Source: Paraspadella gotoi
Taxonomy: Eukaryota > Animalia > Chaetognatha
Direction: 5' to 3'
NCBI GenBank assembly: GCA_051294375.1
Contig: CM119263.1
Location: 14,276,414-14,340,413, forward strand
DNA: 64,000 nt
Shown: positions 11,850 through 24,739 of the stretch, piece by piece
Numbering within the stretch: the stretch's first letter is position 1
How the letters are laid out: each line of letters opens with the position of its first letter
Notes under the pieces: model-generated
Databases searched by the model: none
Told to the model about the DNA's origin: nothing
What the model saw: only the letters and a program-made list of their open reading frames with translations
Position numbers and translations under genes: made by a program

Positions 11850-14800
11850 TTAATCATCGTCGAAATCCATCCCCGTCGAGGGAGCGACGGATTGCGTGGG
11901 TAAACCGCCGCAAGTGTCACCTGCCTCAACTTTCTCTAAAACTCGATTCACAAAGTCCGTGGTGTAGCCTGCGACCCAGTCGTTCGGGTCTAATACCGCC
12001 TTTTCTCGCATGAGGCGCTCAAGTTTGGTGGAAAGGGAAGGTACGGCCGGACGATCGGGATTATGAAGAACGTGAAGAAGATCGTTGCGAATCACCGTTA
12101 GCACGGAAGTGAGAGCACCTTGCAAATAGTATATTTTTTATAATTAATTATTTGACTAGAAAAAGGATAAAATAAATGTTATAGATTACCATGTTCGTGT
12201 TCGAGACCAAAAAGCTTCAACTTGTTAGCTTCGTGTTGTGCTTTTTTCTTTAGTCGGCACGCGCTAAAAAAAATTTAGTTTAAGTGAGTTTCAGTTATTT
12301 TTATTTTACTTAGGTAAAAAATAATACTATTAAAAATGTTTTAAAAATCCCGTTTTAACCCACGAAAAGTAACATACGTATTAATATGAATATTTTTAAA
12401 AATACTTCGGAGAAGAAAATCACCGCGATGCCAATTTGTTTTTTTCTTTTCGGGCTTGATTGCGCGCCATCTTGTCTTTTCCAGTTTCCACTCCAAAGGC
12501 TGGGGTCAGCGCTGCAATTTGACTATTCAGTTTGTCCAACTCGGCGCCAATGAGAAAAAGTCGGTGGGGCGAAGGGGTCATGTCGTTCCCGTCGCCCTTG
12601 CGAACTTTACCCGTGGGAAGCATAGCCAGTCCCGCTGTTTTTCCCTGATTACAAATTGAAATTGGGAGTAAAGATGAAGCAATAGCGAGTCAAATATTAT
12701 TTAAATGAAATCGATAATATTTTCTATTATTATTCACCACAAAAATTTACGTACAAAAAATACCATCTTTGAAGACGGGGACAAACTCACCAAAGGTCCG
12801 GACAATACAGGGTCCTGAAACTCCTTGAGGACGTGAGGATCTTCGTTCTGAACCTTAAGAGCAAGCCGTCGAGTTTTCGGACCTTTGCTTTGGACGTTGT
12901 ACTGCCAGAAGAACTTGTCAGCACCGCCGGAACTTCCTGAAACATTTGAAGCGGCCGAGCAGGCGGAGGTGGTGCGTCGACGACGTGTTTTGGCAGCCCG
13001 AGGTCGCCAACTGTCACTGGAGTTGAGGGATGAGCCTGTAATCCAAAACACATGAGTATGCAGGAACTATGTTATTTAATTTTTCCTGAATTCAAGACTC
13101 ATAATTGACTTTTTACCTGCTTCAATCTCATCATCTGATCCGGAATCGATATGTTCCGGTGGCTGATTCTTGTTAAAATGGGACTTTGGAAAGCTGTGCG
13201 GGTGCAACATCCCAAAGCCTTTTAACGAGAGCAGTGGAGGAGGATCTTGAGTTGTGCTACCGACGGGAGAATCGAAACCTTCCTCGAAGCGTGAAGAGCG
13301 ATCTGGGCGAAGAGGATGTTCCCCAGACTTGGGGATGTCGATTGCACGAGAGGGACCGGGCGCCGTGACGATGATGCCAATGGTGGTCATTGTAGTGTCA
13401 GTGACAAGGCCAGCGCTATCTGCTATTTGGGATAAGTAATAACTTCGTTAAATCTCATCTTCTAAACTAAAGTTTTCTTGTTGCGTCCACAGTTTTCCAA
13501 ATATTACTATTACGTATAAAGAACGTAAGGGACCAAAAATAATGAAATGACGAAAATTTAGAAATGAGTCCTTTTTAGCCCATAGGTGAAGAAATAATGA
13601 AATATTACTACATTTGTATTGGCTTGATTTTGCTAACTTTTGCAAATTCAATAGCATGCAATATTTCGACTTGTTCCTCAATAAATCTTTATCTCGTTTT
13701 TTATAGAACGAGAAGATTCTCTTCATTCATTCATTGAGTTAATTTATGTTTGAATAATTATTACAATTTAATTTTATATGTATATTGAACGTAAAACCCA
13801 CCATTATCCAATGGATAATATCCATAGCCTGTCCAGCTTATTTAATGAACGAATTGATAATTTGATTTTGATTTTACCAATTTCATTAACACAGAAATTT
13901 TAACTACCTTGACATGGCAACGACGTGGTTCTCGTTCTGGCTTTTTTCACTCTCTTTTCCTTCACACCGTCTCTCCTGTCCACCATGAATCTCTTGATAC
14001 TCGGTGCAGCGTCCTCGTTCCCGCCCTTGAACTCGCGTAGCGTTTGAAAGGTTTTTGTTCCGGGACACTCGCTCTCCTCTGAAACACTAGTCATTGGGGA
14101 GACGGAACTGTGGCGGGCGCCGACGCTGTCGTCGGAGATGAGCAGTTTCTGAAGCGTGGTAAGCATTGTCTTTCCCGACGGCGACTGGTCTAAACTTCGG
14201 TGAAATGATGGTGTCGGTTTCCTGTCGTACGTGGCGATGGGTCTTCCAATCGATCTAGGCAACAACGGCGCTGGTGACGATTCCATTCCAGCACCTCTCG
14301 AACGAAACTCCCCGAAGGAAGGGGAAGAGGGAGCTGGGGAATTCTTTGGAGGCACACAGCCCGCGGCGGCGTTTGCAAGACTATCCGACACCGGGTTCAG
14401 AAATTTGCTCGGAGAGAAACCTCGGCCATAGGAAGACGGGGCACTCGACGACAACTTGGTCCGACCTGCCGACGAAGATGAGACAATATCCCCAAAATCG
14501 CCAAAGCCACCCCATTCGCCGGTGTGGAGATCATAACTCTCTTCTTTCAGAAGATCCTCTAAGTCGTCCAAAACGGGTTCGTAGGTCGCGTTAAGTTCTG
14601 CCAAGGTAGGACCCTCGGTCACGTCGCTCTTATCAATTCGGTAAACATCTTCCACCTTCGGGGCCTCATTCAACGAAACGAGAGTCGTAGGATTGGTCAA
14701 GCAAGAAAAGGACAAAGAGGATGCAGGGGCGGAGTCGGAGAAGCCCGTGGCCTCCGGAGGATCAATCTCCATTTTAAAAAGACCATTATCCGGAGTGAGG

Positions 14801-15480
14801 GGCGAGGCGAGGATTTCGGATCCGGCAGATTGAGGGTTGAGCGTGGCGAAGGGTGGGACGGAACGATTCAGCGACGAAGACAGGGAAGTTGTTGCCGAAG
14901 GAAAACTAAGTTTCTTCGGTGGGGGATTAGGGGAGATGAGTTCCTGCTGAAAAACGGAATCCAGATTCGGCGTTGCAATCGGCGCGCAATCTATTTGTAT
15001 AGATAGGGGAGTGTCTAAACTTGTGTAAAAGTCAATATCGGCCGGAGGCGTCTCTTCGTTTTCATGGATGACAGGATTCACGATACTAATGCCCCCGAGG
15101 TTCGTTTGCTGTTGACTCCAAGTTTGACGCTGGACATTTGCAACGTTTCTTGAGCGCGTTTTGAAGATGGTCGGGGCATCGTGAGTAAATTCCGATTCGG
15201 GCGGCGTGAACATAATAGTGGAGGAGCCGTTATGGGGTAATATATTTTGTTGGGAAAAGGGTAGCCCTTGCACGTTTGAAAAGTGGTTTGGTGTTGAAAA
15301 GTTTGTTTGGAGAAAATCAGCCGAATTGTTAAATTGGTTGACTGAAATCATCGGCGAACTTACTGGTTGAACGCACTGAGGATTAGCTGATCGGACTGGC
15401 GGAGCAGGATTGTTAATGATAATGCTGTACAAATTCGGATTGTAAAAACCTCCGCCGAGTTGTGTTACATTCGGGTCCAT
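11850..15480 (-). CDS. CREBRF: CREB3 regulatory factor (CREBRF / REPTOR), bZIP transcription factor, about 6 coding exons
   Basis: Family-typical segments [41 protein letters not shown], the bZIP basic region [33 protein letters not shown], and [14 protein letters not shown], preceded by a long S/P-rich N-terminal exon. Confidence 0.92.
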
Positions 15481-15785
15481 GTTTCGTCTAATATCGTACG
15501 TTTTTAGTCACCTGACAAACCAATTAATGACCTTTAATATAAAAAAAACCGATGTCTTATAAAAGATCAGGTTGCACGGGTTTGCCCTTGAAACTTCCTT
15601 ATCAGTCTTATACAACAGGCTTTCTCGCACATACCTGCTCTTCGTAGGCAATCTCCCGGTAAGAAAATACATCGAGTAATCAAACATTAAGAATTTACAT
15701 GATTAGGGGAGGTTAATGGGAGGAAACTACATTGACAATATTTTTGTTTTGACCTAGGATGCTGCTGCCGAGCCTCGTGACTGGA

Positions 15786-15795
15786 TGACGTCATC
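15786..15795. promoter_or_regulatory. Palindromic CRE/ATF site (ATGACGTCAT) upstream of CREBRF
   Basis: Perfect 10-bp palindrome about 150 bp upstream of a putative 5'UTR exon donor (~15635). Confidence 0.5.
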
Positions 15796-16389
15796 GTCAC
15801 ATCTTTTAAAAGATCCTTGGAGTTGGACAAAGTTGGACAAATATTCAAGAACGAAGAGAAATGAAACTGTCATAGCCTTCGTTATTTACCGATTCTCCTC
15901 TCATCGTCCAGCCATTTAAATTAAAACAAATAAACTAGTATTTTAACATCTTTCATGTAATTGGAATGTAAATTACGCGGCAGAGCTGGAAAATCTTCCG
16001 AATCGTCATGAACTGCGGAAGAAGAGAGAAGAGGAAAGAAGCGAGGGGAAAAAGAAGAGGGGTTATTTTCTTAATGGGAAGAGGATGTTAGTCTTTCCAC
16101 TTCCAGGAACGAGCTGATACACGGGATCCTTAACACGTGCTTCATTTCGTAAAAATCGAGTAACTGAGCGGAATATGTGAGGTCAGACTATTTCTTGTTA
16201 TTTGTGGAAATCATTAAATTAGTCATTGCGGGAGAATTTAGTAGTAATTAGACTGCCATCTACCTATTAAGAGACTTGGCGTCTATGACCCAAAGAAGAC
16301 CATCTGTCAGCAACACGACATTAATAAAGTACACAAAATCAAGTAAATGAGGTTTTATTTCAATCTAATTTACAAACAATTCTAAAAAG

Positions 16390-17372
16390 TTAGTTTTTCG
16401 TCTTTTTTGTAGCCATCCCGTTAACCGCCTTGGTTTTCTTAGTGTCCAAGCCGTTCTCTTCGAGAACTGTAACAAGGCAAACAGAATTAGGTTGCGAAAG
16501 ACAATTTTATCGCACAAAGTCACACCTTTCTTTGCTTTCGGGGACGCTTTCGGGGACGCAATCTTGCGTTTTTTTCCGACTGGTTCTTCCATTTCCTCCT
16601 CGACTTCTTCCTGATCCTCGCCTTCGTCCATATCGGTATCGTCCATTCCTTAAACGCCAGACCATAAAAAAAAAGTGTCAACAAACATCCAAGTGACAAT
16701 TTCGCCCATTTAAGTATTTAAATCAAAGAAGCAATTTCTCAATCCTTGGGCGTTAGGGATTAGGGATTTAAGATTTACGTTTTTCTTACCTGGTTCTCTC
16801 ATATTTTCAATGTAATGGTTTCCGACAATGTGAACAGGACCAGTTCCCTCGATAAGTTTGAAAGTCACTTCCTCTAATTCTTTAAACGTTAAATCGACGC
16901 TGCAGTGATCCTCTTGACCAAGGGTGAGGCTGAAAATGGGATGTTTTTCCTCTTCGTCCTCACCGTTTTTATAACTAACCTGATGAAATTTCCATCCTGC
17001 TATACTGTTACACTAATAAACCAAAATCATTGAAAGTTTCTTACTTGAACCAAATTGCGTTCACCCAATACGGCGTTGATTCCTAAAACTGCGCGTTTAA
17101 GAAACAAAATATGTTCTTGCTCATCGCCGAATTCATCGTCATTCTAAAAAGATTAAAACTACTTGAAGATAGCCATTTACTTGAATTTCCTTGAAAATTC
17201 TTTAATGAACAGTAGTTACAGTCAGTGTAGCAACTACCTCAGGAGACCAGGTATAAGTATTGTTGCCTTTATTCAACTCGGCTCCCCAAAAATAATCCTG
17301 AACGTCGTAGGTTCCACCGGAAGCCCGGCCAGCCATTGAGGCTATAGAACGGTTCAACATAGACAGGGACAT
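16390..17372 (-). CDS. Nucleoplasmin-like histone chaperone (NLP/NPM family), 5 coding exons
   Basis: Nucleoplasmin core (YFWGAELNK...HILFLKRAVLG...ERNLVQV...VTFKLIEGTGPVHIVGNH), an acidic tract (DDTDMDEGEDQEEVEEE) and a basic tail (KKRK...SPKASPKAKK...KKTKN*). Confidence 0.88.
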
Positions 17373-17895
17373 TTTTAAAACTAGAATATAAGCAAATTTC
17401 AAGAATTACATAAATTCAGAACAATCTGAAAAACATTTACAATTGATAAAATCAACGAATACATAATAAATAATGAAAATACAAGATTGTTCCAGGGATT
17501 GTCCGAGGGTAGTCGCATGCCTTACCGTCAGCAACGACGGCTCCAAGGCAAAGAATTTCTGATTTCATCCTCGACAAACGAATTCCCTCCTAAAAATAAA
17601 GTAGCTTGTCAAGAGAAATCCGAGTAATCCGTTTTGAGAACCCGTTTTTACCTAAGACGGTTGACGAGGAATAACGGTGAAATCCGATCCAGACATGGCA
17701 GGCTCGTTGAGACAAGGATCCATGTTTTGTTGGCGTAATCAGGTCATTTCAAAACATTTTTAGAGTTTGCTTCGTGATAGCTATAAATCAAATAACAGGC
17801 CAAATGTACAGTTTGGTTACAAATATAAATAGAACAATACTTTTCACAAAGTACAATTTGTTCTTACAATATTACAATTCAAATTAAAAACAAAA

Positions 17896-19140
17896 TTAAA
17901 TGGTCAAAGCGGCAAGCTTTTTTATAGCCGGTCCCAGGATGTAGGACGTTGTCGATAACTTCATGTGTTTGCTGGATTGATATTTGCTAAAAATGAAATT
18001 GTGTTTGGCTTCGGGAAGCTTGACGACGATCTTCGCGATATGAACGGCGATGTGTATGAGGTCGTTTTCACCATATCCGCTGTAGTGCACGAGCGTGTCC
18101 GACCATCCTTCCGAAGAACCCGGTTCGAGCTTTATCGCCAGCCATAAGGCGGCGGCTGCGCGAAGGGATGGCAGCACATGTACGAAAGGGTATTCCTGAA
18201 AAAATATCAAAGATAAACCTTGAATCTTTAGGTTAGACTAGAAATAGAGGTAGTTACCTGTAAAACGACCTCCATAAAGAATTTGGCCAAAGCGTGCTGC
18301 ATCGAGTCCATTTCCCCGGCTTTTGAGTTGCGTCTCAGAAAGTGGAGGGACAAAGGTCGACCCAAATTGAACTTGAGCGTGTTAAGGATATCAATCTCCA
18401 TCATTCGCATTTCGACTGACGAATAAGCATTGTCCGTAATGTAGACAAAGTCGTTGACCTCCGGCGCGTAGATTTCCTCATATTTCGCGGCAACCCACAT
18501 TGCGGTGATACCAACGAGTTGAAGTCTCTTCCGCCCCACTTCCATAATCTTCTCTTGAAGATAACGGTCAAGTAGGTCGACGGTAAGGAAGAGCGTTTCT
18601 TGTAATAGGCCGAAGCGGCTGTGAACTTGTAGCAGCCAATCAACGAGGATCGTCCGCATGCGCGGCGTGATTTCTGGTTTAGCGCCGGAGGCCGTCATGT
18701 AGCTTTGACGAATGAAATATCTGTTCTCCATCAGTCGGAGATATGCGTAAACGTCCTTCACGTAAACCGAGACCAATTGAGGGTTCCCGGTGTCTTCGGC
18801 GTCGATGTCCTCGACGCATTTCAATAGTGTCGTGGATGCGGACTCAAAAACTGAGTTAAGGCTGGACACGGAGTTGAGGGACCCGCTTGGACCGGCGAAC
18901 CGCTTACGCGGCACCACAAGATTGTTTCCGGCGGGAAGCTTCGGGCCTTAAATGGTAATGTGCATGATTAATTGCAAGTTACAAGTACAGAAAAAGAGAC
19001 GTACCTTGCGAAATTGCGTGTTGTTGCGAGTTAGAAAGGTCGCTGAGGCTAGTAAGACGTTTAGAACCAACGTCTACGGACTTTTGTCGCACAACCTGAT
19101 TCACATTTTCCGAGGAAACGGCAGACAGCACGTGGCTCAT
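17896..19140 (-). CDS. CycB: G2/mitotic-specific cyclin B; exons ~19140-19005, 18946-18258, 18195-17896
   Basis: Cyclin box MRTILVDWL...KLQ-like RLQLVG...KYEEIYAPE, cyclin-B signature LHFLRRNSKA, and DIDAED..NPQLVSVYVKDVY. Confidence 0.95.
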
Positions 19141-19294
19141 TTTGCTTGCTAAGAAATAGTTAGTTATGGTTAGCAATGCAAAGATTAGTTTTTCGCCGTA
19201 TTTTAGTAAATATTTTCATAACTAAGAGGAGAAAGATAAAATAATTGGCAAAAATACCAGAAATATTAATAGAAAAAGAACAAACGGCCTAACT

Positions 19295-19475
19295 CGTTAT
19301 TTAAACACTTCCCCCAGCGAAAAAGATTTCGTTATGCGAATGGATTGAGTTAAACGATTCTGACGTCACGGTCGCGCGACTCAGATCTAAGGATCAACCA
19401 ATGATATTCAAATAAAATAAATGGAAGATTGGAACAAGCGGAAATATTAGGGAAAGTGAAAGCCGAAATTTTAAA
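19295..19475 (-). promoter_or_regulatory. Putative cyclin B promoter: CCAAT boxes, CRE (TGACGTCA), CGCG element and CHR-like TTTAAA
   Basis: CCAAT ~19398, ATTGG ~19428, TGACGTCA ~19361 and TTTAAA ~19300, directly upstream of the start codon. Short motifs, so some may be chance. Confidence 0.4.
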
Positions 19476-20868
19476 CCATGAGATTTTTAAAATTTTTATA
19501 TAGATATTATAATATAAATATTGTTGAGTATTGTTTCCTTGATTTTTTCCCATTTTTTTTACCGATTTTGGGGTATGGATCTTTTTGTCCCTCCTTTACA
19601 TTAACCATTACATTACATTTGCCAATTTCTCTAATTTCGCCTTGTCTTGTTAGTTTTGTTTTATGGTTTGAATCCTTTTATTATATTAATCCTCCAAACC
19701 GGAAAAGAATGATAATCTTGTGCGCCGATTCATAATGATAATCTGTTTTTGTAGGAAACCATTACATTATCGGAAAATCAGTCAAATCTAATTTACCTCA
19801 CAGGTTTTCGTGACGTTCACTTTCATCTTCTTTCCTTTTAACAAATGCGACTATAAAAGCGATAGAACGTAGAAGCGCTGCGTATTTGGTTAATAGACGA
19901 GGTAAGGGGTTTTTTTCCTTGCTTGACTTTCATCTTTCATTAAAAACTCTTATAAAGCTGTCAAATTTGTATTCACAAGAACAACAAAATTATGAAATAA
20001 AAGATAAAATACACGGTTTTATAAAGATTTTAATTGCAAAACATAATATTCTCATTGTATAAAATTTCATTTTAGAAATCAATTTACGGAAGTAAGGACA
20101 CCAGGACGCCTTCATATAATTAAACTCACGCACTAAGAAGATTAACAAGCAGTATTAAGAAAATAACGATAATTAAATTAAATAATATTATATAATATGT
20201 TGTATAATTTTAAATAATACTTTATTATTTCTTTATAACTTACGAATTTCTCATTTACGTAAATTAATAAGGCTGGAAAAATAATAAAACCTACCTATAA
20301 CTTTTTTTGGAAAACTTTTAATAGCAAAGTAATCTACCACAGTATGGCAGAGAGGATTTGAAAAAAACATAAAAGTTCCATCTCTGAAACCTATAAAATC
20401 TTAAAGTATACCAATGAGACACTTAATGTGATTGGTCAACAAAATCCGACCAAAGAATGATTTTTCTTAAATGCTAATTAAAGTTTTTTAAAATTTTATA
20501 TAAAATATTTTAGTAGTTTTAGTGAATATGAATATTTGAATTGTCTATATGTCTATCATTATCTACAAAGCATAAGCTATTAAAGTATATGTAAAAATTA
20601 TATATATTTTTTTTTAAATATTAATCTATTAGTACTTTTTAACGGATTATTTTTAAAAAATAAATTAATATTAATTTTAGTATAAAAATTTTAAAAATTA
20701 CAAAAATATTTAAAAAAATATTAATATATATTCTAATCAACTATTAAAAGTTAATGATAATATTTTGAAATTTGTCCATTAATAATATATATGAAAGATT
20801 GAGTGAGATATTGTAAAAATATAATTTTGTAAATTTAACGAAAATTGGTTTTTGCGGCAACAATGATT

Positions 20869-20952
20869 TTATTTTTTAAAGAACAGATATGTTTCGACTC
20901 TCATACGAGTTTTTATATGAGAGTCAAAACATGTCTGTTCCTTAAAAAATAA
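20869..20952. repeat. Near-perfect palindrome with 37-bp arms (hairpin or MITE-like)
   Basis: TTATTTTTTAAAGAACAGATATGTTTCGACTCTCATA ... TATGAGAGTCAAAACATGTCTGTTCCTTAAAAAATAA, with 3 mismatches. Confidence 0.85.
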
Positions 20953-21234
20953 TATAAAATAAATAAATAAAGTAAATAAAACGTTAACTTTATTCCCACT
21001 GCTTGCGGTGGGATTGAAGGAATGAGTAACATTTTTTTTATTCATAATTTTAACTTAATGAGTTGAAATTATGATTAAAAAAATAATTCTTAATTGCATT
21101 TGCTTTTGCATGAATTTGCATCGCGTGAGGAACAAAAACCCCACCATTTAAAGGCGCCGCTCGCTCTTTTCGTTCTCTAGTTGTCGGTTTTCGTCGTCAA
21201 TATTTTTTGTGCAAAGAAGCATTTGAGCGTCTCG

Positions 21235-21591
21235 ATGGGATCGCCGAGGCGTTTCTTCGTCTTCTCCATCCTCCTGCTTTCCATTGCGACGTCGAGCTTA
21301 CGGGCCGAGGAGGAGACTCAGGAGGAGACCGCCGAAAAAAGTAAGTTTCAAAAAGTGAGTAAGTTCTGTATTCTTCGTAGGTTTTTTTTTACTTACCATT
21401 TGTGTCCAACCGGTTTTTCATTTTCATTTTCATTTTCAATTCAAGAATCTCGATGTGAAGGATACGGACATTTTTGTTTAGGAGGTAAGACTACAATGCA
21501 AGATATTGAATAATGGATAAAGATTGATTGATTTATTGATCGATTGATAACGTGACATGGGTGATTTATCAACTGATGAATTCATTAAGGG

Positions 21592-21622
<31 letters not shown>

Positions 21623-21984
21623 CTGCTTTCCCTTTTTGTCCCTCTCCTCTGTTCCATAAAGGAATGGGCAAAAGATCCAAAGACAATGCCCGAGCGTCTC
21701 GTCGAGAGCCCCGGCTTTTGGATATTTTGTTGGACAATGAATCGTGGGGGCGGCGATTTTCCAGATCCCGTCGACGTCGGATTCCCAGCGTTGATGCCTG
21801 GAAAGACGAAAGCGGCGCGGCGCGGATCGCAGAAGGCGGAGCGGCGCTTTTTTCGCGAGTGGCGGGGGATGAAATAGGAGATGAGCTGGAAGCGATGTCG
21901 TCCGACGACGCCGTCGAAAAAAGACTCAAACGTGGACGAGACGAAGTTTTCCGAGCAAGGACAAAACCCTGTTTCATCGGCTGA
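21235..21984 (+). CDS. CCHamide-type neuropeptide precursor; exons 21235-21340, 21446-21484, 21662-21984
   Basis: Signal peptide MGSPRRFFVFSILLLSIATSSLRA; the spliced peptide ...KKSR-CEGYGHFCLGGM-GKR matches the CCHamide pattern CxxYGHxCxGx(H)-amide and carries a GKR amidation/cleavage signal. Confidence 0.85.
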
Positions 21985-23600
21985 GATGTCTGACAATTGG
22001 CTGCTGCGGACTATTTTTTTAAGTAAATAACGAATGGAAAATATTTTATACGGATTCATTCTTAACTATTATGGTGACACAACGCTGTATGGAAATAACC
22101 ACTCATGATTTAATTCTGAAACTGCTTATTTTTTTACATATTTAGATATTCATTCTGATTTCTCGATGACTTATGTATTGTTTCAATGCGATCAAAATTC
22201 AGTATTCATTCTTACATTTACATTAATTACATTAAATTCGTTCATTTCTCACAAAGTTTAAAATTTAATTTACAATATACATTGTGGCATATTACTATTT
22301 AGTACTTAGTACTTACAAGTAATTCTTTTTACAAATCTTTCAAATGTCGGAGGATTTTTAATTTTTAATTTTTAATTTATTTGAAAATGTTTTTCTCGAA
22401 GAGCATATTATGATGATTGACACATTTATCATTTGTAGACAATTGATTCTCTGTGCTAATATTTTTTCATCGCGTCTTTTGCCAATGTTTAACAATTTTG
22501 ACATGCTATTATATAAAATACTCCTATTGGTTGAAAGTTTAAAAAGTTATTTGGCAATTTTTTCCTGATACTAAACATTTTCTCTGTCTCTGTCGCCATC
22601 AATCTAAAGACAAATAAAATAAATGACCAAAATATGATCGAGCTGCATCATTTATCGATCCTGTTTTTGCTGCTAATTCTTCAAATCTTTTATCTCGAGT
22701 TCAATCAGCGAAGCTACAAAATTTAGAAAAAATCAAGTTTTTTCGTCAGTTTGAACCTGTTTGTGATATCGAAATGATGCTTTTTTACAGTCAACGTTGA
22801 AACCACAATATATATAAAAAATATAATGAATATTTCGAGTAAATAAGAACACTTTTTTTTAATTAAAAAAAGAAGAAAAAAATTCCTAATTCCTGCATTC
22901 TTATCTTCCCCTACTTCCTCTGCGGGATTGAATTTTTTTTGGGAATCGGGTTTGTTTATCAATGAATGTTTAAAAAGAGAGAACTCAGTTTTCAAAACAT
23001 CGCAGAACGGGTCACGTAAACAACGCTCACAACAACCACGTAAACAATATACTTGCAAGATGATATTTATATTCTTATTTCATGCATGAAGGAGCGACAC
23101 TTATGTTTTTTTATAAATAAAAAAATAAAAAAATGGAAACAAAACAATTCCCTTTGTCTGCATTCTTGAAATAATTTTTTTTATGTCGCTCGGGCTGCTC
23201 GAAGTAACGTATAAACATTCAGCATTAAGTTAAATTTTTATAATATTTTTCTCCTGACACAATTTTCTATACTTTGGTAAAGATACAGATGAATGAGGTC
23301 TAGAAAAAAAATTAACAAAAATGCATCCCACTTGGAATTACCAGTTAATTACTCTTCAACCTAATGAATAATGTAAACATTTCGCGACTTAGTACCGCCC
23401 TTCGAATTTTCTACCAGCTGAGAAATCCTTTTGCCCCTTGGCGTTCTCCAGCTCCTGCACAGCGGTACAACTGAAACCGCACTGTCTTCCAAAATAAAAC
23501 AAAAAGGATCGCTGATTTAAAGGGCGAGAATCGAGAATCGCGCCCAACATTGGCCGACCTCGGGCTGACGTTCTTAAATCGAATTTCCTAGCTTGGGGTG

Positions 23601-23606
<6 letters not shown>

Positions 23607-23655
<49 letters not shown>
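23607..23655. repeat. (GA)n microsatellite
   Basis: Directly visible. Confidence 0.9.
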
Positions 23656-23657
<2 letters not shown>

Positions 23658-24739
23658 CCAAATAAAGTCGTAATACTAATAAACGCGTAAATAATAAATT
23701 AGAATTAGCGACTACTGGACGACGCTTGACGACTTAAGTCAACTGGGGTTCGGATTTTTTTTAAAATCACTTGTGGCTGCGATTAATGTTTCAGTCCGCA
23801 CCTTAGAAAACCACTCCTTTCTCTTTAGAACAAAAAGCTATTATACTTAATTTTCGCCATTTTCCCTGTTTTCTCTGATAACTGACAGAAACTTAAAAAT
23901 TTCAATATTTAAAATTGACAAAAGATTCAGTCATTTTAAACGAGCTTTGAAAATCAAACGAAACCTGTTTCTTCTTTCATTCCCGTCTTCTCCGTCTGTA
24001 AACGTTATCGCTTTTTCTCGGCCAAGAAACTCGTTACGATTGTAAGTCGCCACCGAAATCAAAATCGAAATCAATATCTTTCGGAGATAAAAACCGCTCC
24101 CAGTTTCGAGCTCATCGCTTCTTCCTTCAGGACAAACGATTCTTTCCCAAGAACAAAGCCTCGGCCTACGATCGCCGCATCGAGGATTCGATGACTCAAC
24201 AAGAAAATGCGACTAAATCCCGATTCGGGACTTTTTTTTCTTTTTCGCTGAACGAAGAACAAACGTGAACTTGAAATTAAATACTACGACGCCAAATGTT
24301 AAAAAGACTAAAATGTTTTTGTGACTCTGTTGTAAATCGTTGAAATTTGCGCTAGTGAAGAGCTAAATCTTGACAAACATAAATTTGAAAATAAATATTT
24401 TCCATCGGAGTGTTTATATTTAAATAAATAAATAAATAACTTTACAATTACGTATCTTGTCAGTGGACGAATTTTAACGTTAATTTAATTAAGAAGAAAT
24501 CACATTAAGTGCCTATTTATTGTTTGTTAATGAGTTTTTCCTCCACTAATGATTCATCACTAATGACTCAATCTTCTGAGATTTACGATCAGAAATTCTA
24601 CCCAAGTCTCTCTATAAAAATTCCTTCATTATTTTTTTTGTCTCCGTAGTGAAGGGAAGATATGATTTTAAATATTTGGAGGCGATTGACTGTTTCCGAC
24701 GTAAATTTTGATTTTTGAGATTAGAATTATTAAAAAATA

